64,000 nt of DNA. It comes from the human T2T-CHM13v2.0 reference genome, Homo sapiens. The first letter of the stretch is position 1; each line of letters opens with the position of its first letter. The notes beneath the pieces are model-generated. The model did not search any database. It was given only the letters and a program-made list of their open reading frames with translations, and had not been told where the DNA came from. A program made the position numbers and the translations under genes. This document shows, in pieces, positions 48,661 through 62,039 of this stretch. Location: NCBI RefSeq assembly GCF_009914755.1, contig NC_060934.1; one strand, given 5' to 3'.

Positions 48661-50477
48661 TTGTTGCTGGTTTCAGTGATTGTGACTGTTAGACTGAAGG
48701 CTATTTGAGTTGTAGTTTATTGACAAGTGGTCAAGACCCTTTTCAGGGTATATTCTCAATAAGCCATTTGTCAAAGTTGCTGAGAGAGCCTTCATCTATC
48801 TCCACTCCTATGCTTCATACCTGCTATATATTCTTTGAGTGCAATGTTCATTTAGTTGATGTTGCTGGAATGTTTTTGTGAGTGTTAATTGTGATTCTTA
48901 GAAAAGAAGTAATCTTGGACATTAAAAACATAGAATCCCCAAGTTGAGATTTGAGATTATTTAATTCAACTAATAAGCCTAATAAGAATTCCAGCTATAG
49001 TTATTCTTATAGGTGATCTGCTTAGATTCTCCCAGTACTGGGACATTTGCCACATCCAGAGTTATTAGAACATTCTACCAGGGACAGATAGACTACAAAG
49101 TATTGGTACTATTAGGCAAAGTTGCAGGATTTTGCCAACTGAAACCCCAAGGCATTTTCTAAGGAACAGACAAGAGACAATTATGCCATCCTATCTAGTT
49201 CCCGCTACTGCATCAATTTGCTTGGGAGCTAAAACTGCTTTTTACTCTAAAAACAAGTTGAAAAACCTGAGTATCTCTCCAGGGTGGAATCAGCTGCATA
49301 TACCCAGGGAGATAAAACGGTCTGAAGATGTCATGGGCATTGTGAATAGGGACAGCAGAGGTTACATCCAGTGTCAGAAGTCAGTCAACTCATAGGCATT
49401 CTTGCTGAAGAAAAGAGGCAGGAAGGTCACTGCCAAATGTGACCTTGCCTGAACATATAAATAACTGTTCATGTGTCTAAATTGTCATCATTAATTAAGT
49501 AGTGTTTCATATTAAAGGCTCTCAGTCCAGAATCTCCGTTACTTTATAGATGTCTGTAGCCTCATGAAGACCCAGATTTCTAGGATATCAGCGGGGGAAT
49601 CATCTCAAATGATGATAGTAATAGACATCTTGGTCCCTCAATAGAAGATGGGATTGCCAAAATACTTCTGGAAGTCATTACTGATGTTATAAGTCAAGGA
49701 TCTGAATGGAAGGAAAATGCAAAACCAGAATCTGTATTATTTCCTTCCTCTAAGCTTCTGCTCAAGGAAGTCCACCCAAGAATGCTGGTGCATCAGTGAG
49801 ACTCTTTAGCAGAGAGAAGAGATTCCAGGCCTACTGATGCTTGGAACAGCCACTCTCATCAGCAATACTGAGCTACCTGCTTCTCTTGCTGGGGAAGTCC
49901 TGTCCATGGAGCCGGCTTTACCAGCTGTGCAGTCATACTCAGGGTGTGCAATGTTACTGATTTAGGAGCCCATGTTCACACATTAGGATCAACCCAAACC
50001 ATCATATCCTATTGTATGTCTTCTTCCCCTCACCATGTCAAAGCTATGTTAGGTCACGAAATCCCTGACAGCTCAGTCACACACAGAGTGCCCAGCTCAA
50101 CAACAGAACCAGAGGTTCATGAAGTCAGTTTTGCTGTTATTGTGAGAAAAGACAAATTGCAAATTATCTCAATAAAAAGCTGTTATCATTTATATCAATA
50201 ACAAGTTTTTTGGGTTCTCATTTCAAGCTTGATTATATTAGTACATTTATAGTGTCTTTTGTTTTTTCCCTGTGGCTGTACTTTCTTAAGAAGCTGGAAG
50301 ACTAATAAACACTGATGCTCTTTTGCCACAGATTTCATCTATGATTTTGATTTAAAGCTTTCTGATCAGTATAGCTGACTGATCAAGCCACATGGCTGCA
50401 AATTACTTATCTTGGGTTCTCCTTCCAATTGGGTATAATAGAGGGGATGGCTGTAGAGAAACTCATTAAAGAACTCA

Positions 50478-50760
50478 ACTATTTGGGAAGCTGAGGCAGG
50501 AGGACAGCCTGAGGCCAGGAGTTCAAGACCAGCCTGGCAACATGGGGAGACTTCTGGTCTACAAAAATAAAAATAAATTATCTGGGTGTGGTAGTATGCA
50601 CCTGTGGTCTCTGTTACTTGGGAGGCTGAGGTGGGAGATCACTTGAGTCCAAGAATTCAAGGCTGCAGTGAGCTATGATTGTGTTTCTGCACTCTAGCCT
50701 GGGCAATAGAGTGAGACTCTATCTCAAACAAAACAAACCAAAACAACAGAAAAAAAAACC
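50478..50760 (+). mobile_element. AluJ (Jo-like), 5'-truncated
   Basis: aggctgcagtgagctatgattgtg; TSD-like aaagaactcaacta / aagaaactcgacta. Confidence 0.93.
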
Positions 50761-53607
50761 AATGAAAAAGAAACTCGACTAATCTAAGCAACCAGCCTGA
50801 GTAAATTATCTGCCCCCTTCCATGAAACCTTGAAAACATAAAATCATGTTGTTTATTCCAAAGGCTAGTAGTTATCACTTTATCTTGGCTATTCTAAAGT
50901 GCAGTACTTTTGTGAATTTTGCTCATTAAGTAACTTACTGAAGTTTTATTTAGGAGTCTAGAATGGATGATAATGTTGAAGATTGTTAGGGATAATGTCA
51001 AGCTACTTGACATAATCAACCAAAAATGCTGTATATGAAAGGTGTTTTGTAAACCATTAAATTACTTAACCAAAGCCTTAGTCAAGAATCAGTATTAATT
51101 CTTCAGAATCATTCAGGCGTAGATTCCTTTTGAAAGTGACTTAAGATGCTCACAGATACTCTAGTTCTAGCCCTTTCTGAAATAGTCACAGGTGCTTTCA
51201 ACACATGGCTGGCCAGATGCTATCATTTCTGACAGTGGGTCTGAATTTAAGGAAGTTGTGGACAGGAACCTTATCTGAGCTGTCACCATCCTGACTCATC
51301 ACCTTCAAGCAAATAATCAGGCTAAAAGGATAGGCTACTGGGACATCCTAGGAGGATGCTAGAGGAGATTGGCCAACGAGATTCACTGGACTCTTAGTCT
51401 CTCAACCTGTCACTCCACGCTCATCCATGGAAATTGGCTCTGATTCATTACTAATGGAGAAATAGTTCAAGACTTGCTTTGCATCCCTACACCTATGTTT
51501 GGATGAGGACTTCAAGAGTGAGAATACATTTCAGATACAGTTATGGCTAAATTGTAGTCTTTGCATGAAAAAGAAATGACCTGGTCCTTGTTAAGAGCAG
51601 TGGATTCAGCCCAAGGTGGTTTCCTGATATAGCAGTTGAAGTTGCAGAAGATTCAGAGTGCAATGTATGTCCCTGCAAGATACTGTAGGGCCAGTAATGT
51701 TTGTAGCAGTAATTCCTGTCTGGTCATGCATCTGCTAGAATGTCGTATCTAGTACTCTGCACCCACTACCACCTCGTAGAAATAGCTTCACAAGTTATAT
51801 GGAGGATTGGTGAGACAGGTGGGAGGGTATTCGCTCCAAGGAGGAGAATGCTGTGAGATAGCCATTTTTTCTGCCTTTATATTCTTGTTGGGGATATGTT
51901 TTTTAGGTGCCTGTAGCTGTCTCCTGCTGAATGGGCTTTGTTCAGAGATGCATTTGCCTGTATAAGGGTTGTGGTTTTAGAAGACTGCTTATCTCCCTCC
52001 TAGTTGCTCACTCTTACATAGGACAGCCATGTCCAGCTGTAAAGGTAATATACTGCACAGCTGTAAACAGCATCCCTAAGAACAAGTACATCAGGAAATG
52101 TCTTGGGGTTCCTAGTAGCAGTTAGTGATGAGAGGACCAAGCAGCTCCAGCCTTCTTGGTTAGCTCTGTGGCCTTAGGTAAGCTATTCAACAATAGTAGT
52201 CCTTCATTTCTGAGTCTGCAAAATGTGCATGGGTCCTGGGTAAGGAGAAGGCATCACCTGCTGACCTAAGGAAAGTGAAATATGAGTGAATGCCTTTATG
52301 CTTTCTTTATGGCATAAACATGTTAATTACACTCATTACACACCTCAGAGTGTCCAGTGCCAGCCTTTCCCCTGAGCCATTTCCTTTGCTATGGACCTTT
52401 CGGTTTTCTGGGACACTTTGGTAAAAGGATGGAGACAGCAATTAAATATGCCTTAGAATTATTGTCATTCCATGTTTTATTTTTGCCTTGGGTGTCTTTA
52501 TGGGAGAGAGGAAAGGCCAGGAGAGGTATGGGCCAGTAGACCCCTGGCTACCCTTGGAGGTGTCCTTTCTCTGAACCTTGAGTTGAAAGCATTTATAGGG
52601 AAGGAAAAAGCTTAGATTTCTTCTGTTTAAATACTTTTCTTCCAATAGAAGACAGAGTGTGTGCCAGTGCCAGAGACCTGGGTAACAGTGAGAACCTTGA
52701 AGAGGCAGTGAGGGCATAAAGGGTGTGCTCCTGGCTAGTGGGGAAGAGAGACAAGTTTGGTGCAGGGGTCTAGGTACCACTCGGCCAGCAGGATGGGCAC
52801 TCTCGGTCAGTGCCTGCAAATGGTGTTGATGTCAGTTTCCTGTTCATCTGGGAATGTCCTGGCAACACATGCTGGTTTGTTTCAGGCTAAGCCACTACCT
52901 GGAGGCAGTGTGAATGCGAAGAAATTGGGTTGCTCCCTTTTTCTTTTAGAACAGTTTTCCTCTTAAATAGTTCTGTACAACAGTTGGAGCCAATCTATTT
53001 ATAACTGAGTTTTATTGAACCTGATGGGGCTTCACTCTCATTGAGTCCATCAGCGGAGATTTCCCTCTTGGGCTTTTTTCATGGCAGGAGGGTTTCCTGG
53101 CTTAATGGGTGCTCTGTCACTAGTGCTCCTGGTCCCTGGTCCAGCTTCTCTCTTGGTTTGCTCTCAGTTTCTCATCCCAAAGGGAACTCACTACAGCCAC
53201 TCCCAAAGAAACAAGAATCCTTTTTCTTTCCCGTCTCCATCCTTCCCTTACTCCTGCCACTGCATTCTGCTACTCTCTCCCCACAAATTCCCTCAAAGCC
53301 TTGAGGATCCCAAGAAAGAGAAGGGCAAGGGTGAAAAATTTAAAACTGCCCAAGATGGATAGTGAAAACACCATGCATAAATAAATTTCAGCAAATCCCC
53401 CGGATGAACAATGATTGTGTGGTTGAAGACCTGGCTGAATAAGTGTGTCAGGTACTGATTGGAAGCATGATAAATGCAATGACCTAACAAAGGATTGACT
53501 TCTCCTGCAGACAGGCCCCTTTTAATGGATGGAAAGGGAGGAAGCTTCATTTAGAAGGGAAAGGCTGTTTGCTGTGCAGATATGACAAAGGGGAAGTAGA
53601 CAACCAT

Positions 53608-53630
53608 TGATTTACGTTTGGGAATGACAG
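53608..53630 (+). promoter_or_regulatory. Candidate PBX-HOX plus MEIS composite site
   Basis: TGATTTAC(G) 53608-53616 followed by TGACAG 53625-53630. Confidence 0.35.
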
Positions 53631-54379
53631 TTGAAAAATTCAGCAATAATCATGACAAATGAGAAGAGATGCAGTCAGAGGAAAAAATGTCAATACGTTA
53701 AGCCTGCAAAGAAATGCCAAGGTCACAGAGAAAGGTTCCCAAACTTCTGGTTTTGACAACCTTAATGGAAATAATAGGAAAGATGAGGGTTCAGGTTAAA
53801 AGGGATGGCAGGGCATGAAGGGCTGCAGGTGTGGGTAATTAGTGGTGAGTTTGGAGAGGGAGTGGCAGGAAGTCCTTCTCCCACCACTGGGAAGCCGTCT
53901 GTCCACATGCAACTGAGGTGCTTCCTGCTGCTGGCAGGCCTGCCCTCCTCCCAGAGGTTTGGAAAATCAGGCAAGTTATTTTAATGTCAGTAGTGACAGC
54001 AGAAAGAGAGAATGTGGGCTGGGTGTGCTTGTGATGCTTGACGGGGCACATCAAATCAGAGGTTTAGCTCTGATCTCAGGACTGCAGTGTGTCTGCCCCC
54101 TCATTTTTATTTTTATTTTATTTTATTTTATTTTGTTTAAAAGACTGATTATAAGTGAGAGGCAGTGAGCTCTAGGTTATCTGCCTGGTTGAGTTTGGTA
54201 AGATGTCTCCTTGTTTTATATTTATCATTGTTGTAAAGCACCCGGTACATTGAGTCCTACATTTCTGCACTCTAATAAGAGAGGCACAATCCAGGATGTT
54301 CTGTCTGTGGGCGTGAGAAGTGGGTTTAAAAATGTGCATATGTGGATAGGGAGGGAGGTGACCTGGGAAGGTGTGGAGG

Positions 54380-54490
54380 AATCCTCAGACCTGGGTCATT
54401 GTTTACTACTAACTCTGTATGTAAATGTGGACAATTTGCTTTACTTCTCCAGAGTCTGACGAGCTCATCTTTAAAATGGAGAAATTCTGG
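54380..54490 (+). mobile_element. MIR fragment
   Basis: cagacctgggtc...ctcatctttaaaatggaga. Confidence 0.55.
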
Positions 54491-54646
54491 AGGGAAAAGG
54501 TTTCTGACATTCTCTTCCTGGTATATAATTCCAGGATTCAATATTATATCTAGACATGGTGTGTGGTTTTAGGCCTATTTGCATATCTATTTGTATATAC
54601 AAATACATATCTCACATATTTACCCGCACATATCTTTTTGCTTCAC

Positions 54647-55005
54647 TGTGTTGGTCTGTTTGGGCTGCTGTAACAAATTACCACAGATTGGGTTGGTTAT
54701 AAACAGCAGATACTTATTTCTCAGCGTTCTGGAGACTGGGAGATCCAAGCTCAAGGCAGCAGTAGGTTAGGTGTCTGGTGAGGTCTTACTTTATGGTTCA
54801 TAGACAGCGACGTCATATTGTGTCTTCACATAGGGGCAAACAAAATCTCTCTGAGGTCTCTTTTATAAGGGCACTAATCCCATTCAGGGGGGCTCCACTC
54901 TTATGACCTCACCACCTCCCAAAGATCCTACACCCTAACACCATCACCTTGTGGGTTAGGCTTTCAATATATGGCTTTTGGGACACAAACATTCAGATCA
55001 TAGCA
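54647..55005 (-). mobile_element. MLT1A/MLT1A0 MaLR solo LTR
   Basis: tgggctgctgtaacaaattaccacaga...tcttttataagggcactaatcccattca...aacattcagatcatagca; TSD ttcac/ttcag. Confidence 0.92.
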
Positions 55006-58000
55006 TTCAGCCATGCATGTATTTCAGTATTTTAGTCTGCAGTTAACACTGTCTTCTCATCTTTATTTTGGTTTATTCTCATCTAAATATTGTTTATGGA
55101 CTTAACCCTCAATATTATAAAATCATCCTTCTGTTTACTGGGTAAAAATGATGACTCATATAGTTTTTACTTTTGGGGGAAGAAGCCCTAACACCCCTAA
55201 AATACGTATATTGTGAAACCAGTTACCAGTTCCAAGAATGACAAGATACTCTCTGTGGGAATTCTTCAGCTTCAGACAACGTTTGAACTATGACTACATT
55301 TTTGCTAAATTTGTTGAACAGAGATAAATATTTTTAAAATCTTATTTTATTTATGTGAAATCATGTGCCAGGAAAAGCTCCACCCTAAATGAAAAATGAT
55401 TTTATTTTAAGCCAAGCAACTCCTTTTAGATAAGCCTTGAAGAGAAGTTATCTCATTTAAAAGAATGAGCCATTTTGGAGCTGCTGTTGTATCACAATTC
55501 CTCTTGTCAGCCGAGTAGCTTGGGGGCCTGGCCCTCACAGGGTTATCCCCAAGCCTTGTGTCACCACTGGCACGTGGCTGTTTTCATTTGAATTGTTTGA
55601 GCATGTGAAAGTTCAAAGTAAAGCAGGTGCTGTGTTTGAAAGCAACACTGCCCCCCGTAACTCAAGCATGTGCACCATCGAGTTGCCAAAAGCTCTCCAA
55701 TTTCCATCAGTTAAGACACCCTTTAAACCATAGAAATGAAGGGGGGCAGGACTGGGTTATAAATGAGTGGGATCTGGTATTTGAGATAATCTTGAATCTA
55801 TAATGGTTTCTTACGACTTCACTTCCACCTGGGGCTGCGGAGCGGGCGTGTAAGGAAAGAAGCCTCTTAGATTAAACATTTTCTAATCAGCTTTATCACT
55901 CATATCTGAATTTATCTTATTTGAGGAAAATGCCAATATATTAGCAGGCATGTATGATACACAAGGTGACCCTACCAACTTAATGACATAATACATTATC
56001 CTTAATGAAGTCAATATCTTGTCTTTTAGCTGTCTGTCTATTGGGGCGATTAATTGCAGTGTCATTAAAGTTAGCTCTCTTTTCATTTGAGCTTGACAAG
56101 TCGCATAAAACTAATGTTCTTAGTTATCAGCTACTGGAATAGGATGGAGGATGGAGGAAATTGTAGGACAAATAAGGGGTACTGCTACAGCTAACTTGAA
56201 GGACTTTTTCCAGTGACTGTTTCTTTAGGTCTCTCCTTTCCCAGGCTCTCTTGTTAGGTGAAATTTAAGGCAAAGGTAGATGGCTCTGATTTAGCCAAGG
56301 GTTCAAGAAGGAGAGAAGAAGATGCTACTGAGAATTACACCCAATTTGGGAGATTTTGAGCCATTTAGTAACAGGAGCTTGATTACTGTCAGGGTTTCTC
56401 CACTAAATAAATTTGCCACGTTACCTCCTAGACCAAGCTGCTAGCCTAGCCTGAGAGAGGAGCCGATAAAGAACACTTGCAACCATGTTTTCATTTAGCT
56501 TTGAAGTTTTTCTAATTTAACAGGCTTTTTGGAAGAAGGGAGGACTGAGGATGGGAGAAGGGATTTGTGCCCGAACCATGCTTTGCAAATGGTTCCAATA
56601 AACACCAGCTCATCATGGGCAATGTGGGAGCTATAGCGCCTGGTCCGGCACTAATTGTGAAGCCAAAGCATCACTCCCTGCCTTCCCCCTACCTCTGGAA
56701 CTACGAGACAGGATGGCTGTAATTTACAGTGTGTTATCTTTGTCTATAGCGGCAAGATGATATGAAGTAAATCAAGGTACGAGTAATGAAAGACTGAGAA
56801 TTTATTCCTTGGAGCACACTTTAAAGTGTAGTATCTGTTATAGTGGCACTGCCTGAAGACCCTGAAATGAGACTTGGATGAAGGGCAATAAAGCAGCATA
56901 GAGGCTCATGTTAATATTGTTTGTCTGAGGTTAGTAATTGGGTTCTACTGATGAGTTGTGTGAAGACAAAGTGAGAATCCCAGCTAGTATTGTAAATCTT
57001 ACATTGTTGGAACAAGAAGCAATCCTAACAAATATTGATCCTCTCCGTGCCCAGAGGCGAGGAGGGAAGCAGCGAACTGCAGAGCACTGGCCTGTTTCAA
57101 TAGCACCAATTACCTTAGTGAAACCAGCGCTCGGCATGAAATCCCAGGGTGGCCGCAAACGATGAATTAGCCATGATTAGGCTTTTTAGATGGATCCCCC
57201 CAAAATCATGCCAGCTTAACATTCTGTCTCAATTATCCTTGTGGTCCTAAAAACATATTTTGTGTGAAGTGATACCTTCCAGTGGTGAGGGGCCCTGGAC
57301 CTGTGTGGGAACCAGATGCAAATATATGGCCAGCTGCTGCCTTCAACACAGAGGGGCTGGAGTATGTGCACTTGAGAGTGACCACTGGACAGATGCAGCT
57401 TTCCACTCTGAATTCACTGAACACCCCATATTTGGGGACACATACCCCACAAGCATTTGACTTTGTTGTTGTTTTTGGTTGTGTTGTGTTCTGTTTTCCC
57501 TATTTGTCGTGAATTATGTCCTAAAGATCCTTGGAGAGATGTTCTCCAGGGGAGAAAAGGCATATCTGCTCTGTGATTTTGGGGGGCTGGCTTCCTGTTC
57601 ATTTTTAATGTGAAGATCTGCTAAAGGTCTGTGCTCATCTTGTTTGGATACACAGTCTCCTTCCTGGGAATCTTCCCTGAGTTCTCACTGGGTTGCATTT
57701 TGGACCCATGGGAAAGAGAGAGTGTTGATAAAACCTAGAGAGGTCACATTCCACTTTGTTACTTCCTAGGAGTTCGCAGCTTTTCTCTCCTCCATTACCT
57801 TTGGCTGTGAGTGTGCAGTCAGTACTCTCAGAGGTCATTCCTCAGGCCAGATCCGGACTTTGGGCTGGGGTGAACTAGGTAGGTATTTGGCTCTCAGGCT
57901 TCCTAGTCCCCATCCTCTGTACAGCATCAACCTTGTGCACACTGCCCAGCCAAATGGCTTTGGCTGGGAGAAGAGCCTTCCCTGGGGGACTTCAAAGCAT

Positions 58001-58184
58001 GTATTTGGTCTTTGATATGACACTGTGACATGTTTGTACCAACACACGTGCCTTTAGCAGAAGAAAGATAACATCAGACCCCCCAAATCTGGCAGAGGGT
58101 GAGCAAGAGTTTGGATGAAGAGAACTATGCACCTTCTGGGACTAAAATGGGAGAGGGCACATTTTCAGGATTCCACGACCCAGT

Positions 58185-58850
58185 CATTAATTAGGTGATG
58201 AATTCAACAGATATTTATTGAGTACCTAACTTAATTCTGGATACACAGTTGAGTAAGATGGAGTTTACATTCTAGTAGTGGGAGGTAGCGATGGTGATGG
58301 AATATAAACAAAATAGGGGCAATTTCTGATGTAAACTGAAAAATACAGAAGGCATTATTGGGGCAGTAAGCGGCTGGGGGTGGGAAGGGCGTGTTGATAA
58401 CCAGGTGGACTGAAAGGCCTTTGTTCTCCTCATACTACACACCTGGCATCTGGAGCCACCTGTCCCCTCATGCATCTGTGCCCAGTCTTCTTTCTGGTGG
58501 TTGCTCTCACACTGTTCTGAGGACAGCTGAAGTGCCCTGGACCCCATGTGTCTGTTCATTTTCCAAGGCTCAGGTAAAAAGCCGTGCCTTCCACGAAGCC
58601 ATTCTGGTTTCCACCAACTAAAAGTGAGAGTTTGCACCCTGAGTTCCTGTGTAACCTCCTATCTCTGTTCCACATTGGCACTTGGCACTTTCTGTCTTGT
58701 GTTAGAGTAGCTTTGCGTCCCATCTCATCGCCACTCCTTGCCTGTGAGTTCCTTAAGTACAGGAACTATGTACCTATAATATCTTATCCCTGATATACTC
58801 AGCAGTGTCTTGTGCTTAGTAGGTGCTTCATAAATATTCATTAAATAAAA
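58185..58850. mobile_element. L2 3' ends (- at about 58185-58290; + at about 58660-58850)
   Basis: ttcaacagatatttattgagtaccta; ctgtgagttccttaagtacaggaactatgt...tagtaggtgcttcataaatattcattaaat. Confidence 0.75.
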
Positions 58851-58883
58851 TAATTACAGAGAAAAGCTAGGGAAATTTATGGG

Positions 58884-58917
58884 GTGTGTGTGTGTGTGCG
58901 CGCGCGTGTGTGTGTGT
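58884..58917. repeat. Compound (GT)n-(GC)n-(GT)n alternating purine-pyrimidine tract
   Basis: gtgtgtgtgtgtgtgcgcgcgcgtgtgtgtgtgt. Confidence 0.95.
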
Positions 58918-61409
58918 TGAGGGGGTGTTTGAAATAGTCTGGGGTTTGATCTAATACATAGAAATGCTTCCATGAAATAGAAATGCCTTACAGTTGTGTG
59001 TAGCTATTTCACTGAGTGGGTTTGTTATATCTGAATGGACTAGTGATGTCTGCCTGCCTCTCTGGGTAACAAACACATTTTGGAGGGATTGTTAACTTGA
59101 AGGTTGTAATAAAATCTTTACCACTCTGAACAGCTAGCATTGGTGTCTGCTAAGGGGGAACAAAGGCAAAACGTAGTTCTGTTGGTGAAAATAGTTTGAC
59201 TGTGTTTAAAAACTAATCATTCTGCAAATATCAACAAGCTCAGCAGATGCAAGCTAGCCACCTTATAGTTTAAATGGAGCCCTTCACGCTGTATTGGAAA
59301 TGCCGCCGCCTCCAGCCCACCCTATACTCCACAGGCCAGCTCCTGCTCTTCTGGCCAAGGAAAGGCGAGTAAGCAAGTCTATTGCCCGTTGGCCTCCTGA
59401 GACACCTCTGAGGATTAAATAACTAATGACTGTAAAGTGCTCTGTGAAAAGAGAGTGCTCTATAAAGTGTTATTGTTGGGGCTGTTAAAAATGGAAAACG
59501 ACTTTTAATTTAGAAAGAGAACACTCAGCATAAGGAGGGGTGGCTATAAAGCTTTTATCACCACTTTGCTTTCGGAGGCTTCTTAGCTGTTGGTGTTGGC
59601 GCCATGGTTTGCTTGCCCAGGGGTTCTGTCACCGTTCATGGGGTTTAGGAAAGATGCCAGCATCTCACTGGCATGGTGCCATCCTGATCCCCTTCCTGCA
59701 TTGTAACCTCGTGGGCAGATCTGCGACTTGATTGGCTTGGGTTGCCTAACATTGATTAGAATTTCCTAAGAGCGAGCCACCTGGAATGTAGAGTATCCTG
59801 TGATCTGGTAGCTTCAGGAAGCCCCCAAAGCAGCCATGCAGACCACAAACCACTTGTAAAGATTGGGGACTGATGACAATCATGCCATGTGGACAGTATC
59901 CAGGCCCTCCTTCCATCTCTTGAGGAATAGGACTCAGCTCCTCTTTCTGTTCAATGAGGATATTGAGTTTTTATCCTAAATTCAGAATTTCACCAACTCC
60001 TTCTAGGCTCCTTGTTCATGTCCTACTCTCTCCATGTCACATTTATGTGGTTGGGAGGTTTAAAATATAGTGTTATACCTCTGCAGTCTGTATTATTATT
60101 TTACATATTATACATTTTGTGTGGATTTGTAATCACAGCGTGTAGGGTTTGCTTGGGCAGGTTCTCATTTCTAACATGTCATCCTGCCAGTGGGATGGAG
60201 GCTCTCTGGTCTTCTTCTTCTTTGGCTCCTCTGACTCCAAACACTTCAACACCTACCCTTCCTCAGCGACGTGCAGCCCCTTCAAGAAGAGAGCCCATAA
60301 ACTCAGTGTTTATCATACAAATGTGGTGATGTGTTTGCATTTTTATGACCCAGCTAAGTGGTGAGTATTCATTTGTGCCACCTCACCCCAGATGCCCATC
60401 CAGAGGCTGAGCTGTTTATCATGCTCATCTCTTTCCCAAAGCCTGAACAAGGAGCTTGGGACCACTATAAACATGTTCCCTTTCAATAAAGAGGAAATTA
60501 TTATCATATATTTTGGTAATAACCAATAACATTTCAAATTACTTACATTTATGGCTTATAATCAAGCTTATGCTTAACCTCTAATCCTCATGAAGCTGGT
60601 GATGATGGGCTCGGTAGTTAACCACTTGCGGGAAGTTAAGGGCAGGTAGAAATCCACCTGACCAGTAATTAACCAGAGAAGCAACCCATTTCTGCAGTTG
60701 AGATTATAAACACTGTGCTTGGTTTATGTTTAATTGGCAACAAGTGAGGTGAACCCCATTAGTTTTGCAGTGATGCCCTGGAGGATTTGGCCTGGTCAAC
60801 TTCTCATCAATTAATGTGCTGATGAGGGATGCTGGTTGCTGCACACTGGGTCTTTGGGTTCCTGGTCTTTGTTTCTTTAGCTGAGCATTTGAGGAGATTG
60901 CTTGGAACATAGTTCATGGCTGGCAATTGAAGGATCACAGAGACATTGCTCTCTCTGTAACTATGTGTTCTGATTGCGGTTTTCAGTAGTCTTTTGTTTG
61001 AAGTCCTATCATCCATGAGTCTGGATTTGTGTGGGATATGAACTACTGTGATGCTACAAGTCATGTACTTAGATTGGCTTTTGAGTTGACCATTCATTTG
61101 GAGAGGCTTATATAAAGAAATGGGCCACTTTGTGGTCAGGCCATTTTTGTCTCCGAGTAGGTTAGGAACAGGGATCCAAGGGAGTCTGGTTCCAGGATGG
61201 ATGTTTCTTAACTGTTAGATGAAGTTAAAGGGTTCTAAATTGGATGGCTTAGCAAAAGCACCCACTGATGTTTTCAGCAAAAAAAAAAAAAAAAGGACTA
61301 TGAGATAGAATCTTCCAGAGTCCACTCTTGTTTCACTGCTTTGAGGATTATACCTTTAAGCACATTTTAACTTCTAAATCATCCCACCAGGAATCTCCTA
61401 TGACACTCA

Positions 61410-61605
61410 TGGAGGAGCTTTATAAACAACTTAGTCATCCCAACAACCTGTGATGAAAGTACTATTCTCCCACCATTTTACAGATGAGAAAACAGAAGCT
61501 CAGAGAGCTTCAGTGATTTGTCCTAGGCAAAACATCTAAAAGGTACACAGCCAGAAATAATTAGTTTTGTCTAATATCAAAACTCATGCTCTTAACTGCT
61601 GTACT
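61410..61605 (-). mobile_element. MIR
   Basis: ccattttacagatgagaaaacagaagctcagagagcttcagtgatttgtcc. Confidence 0.85.
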
Positions 61606-62039
61606 TTATTCTTACTTTTATGTCATTAGAAAGAAAAATGTCCCAAGCAAGTGGAATTATCATGGATTTCCTCTCTGTTATAGAACCAAGAATGTGAATT
61701 GATCTCCTGTGATATGTTAGCTGCTGTATTTGGGACTCAGTGGCATATTGGGAGATATTGACATATTAATCCAAATCAAACAGTTCATTTTTGGATGATA
61801 AACTATTAGAGATTATTTGCTCAGTTTATTAGCACCAGTGGATTAGAGATTGGCCATGGTTGCTTAGCTTCATGAAATAGTAGGGCTGAAAGGAGCTTTG
61901 GGTAGTTATCTAGCTCAATTCAACACTTATTCAACAATTATTTATTGAGGACCTGCTATATGCTCATGCTGCATGTGGTTGTATGCTCTGCTCTGCTGTC
62001 TCACATACACTTATAATCATGTACTACAATGTTAACATT

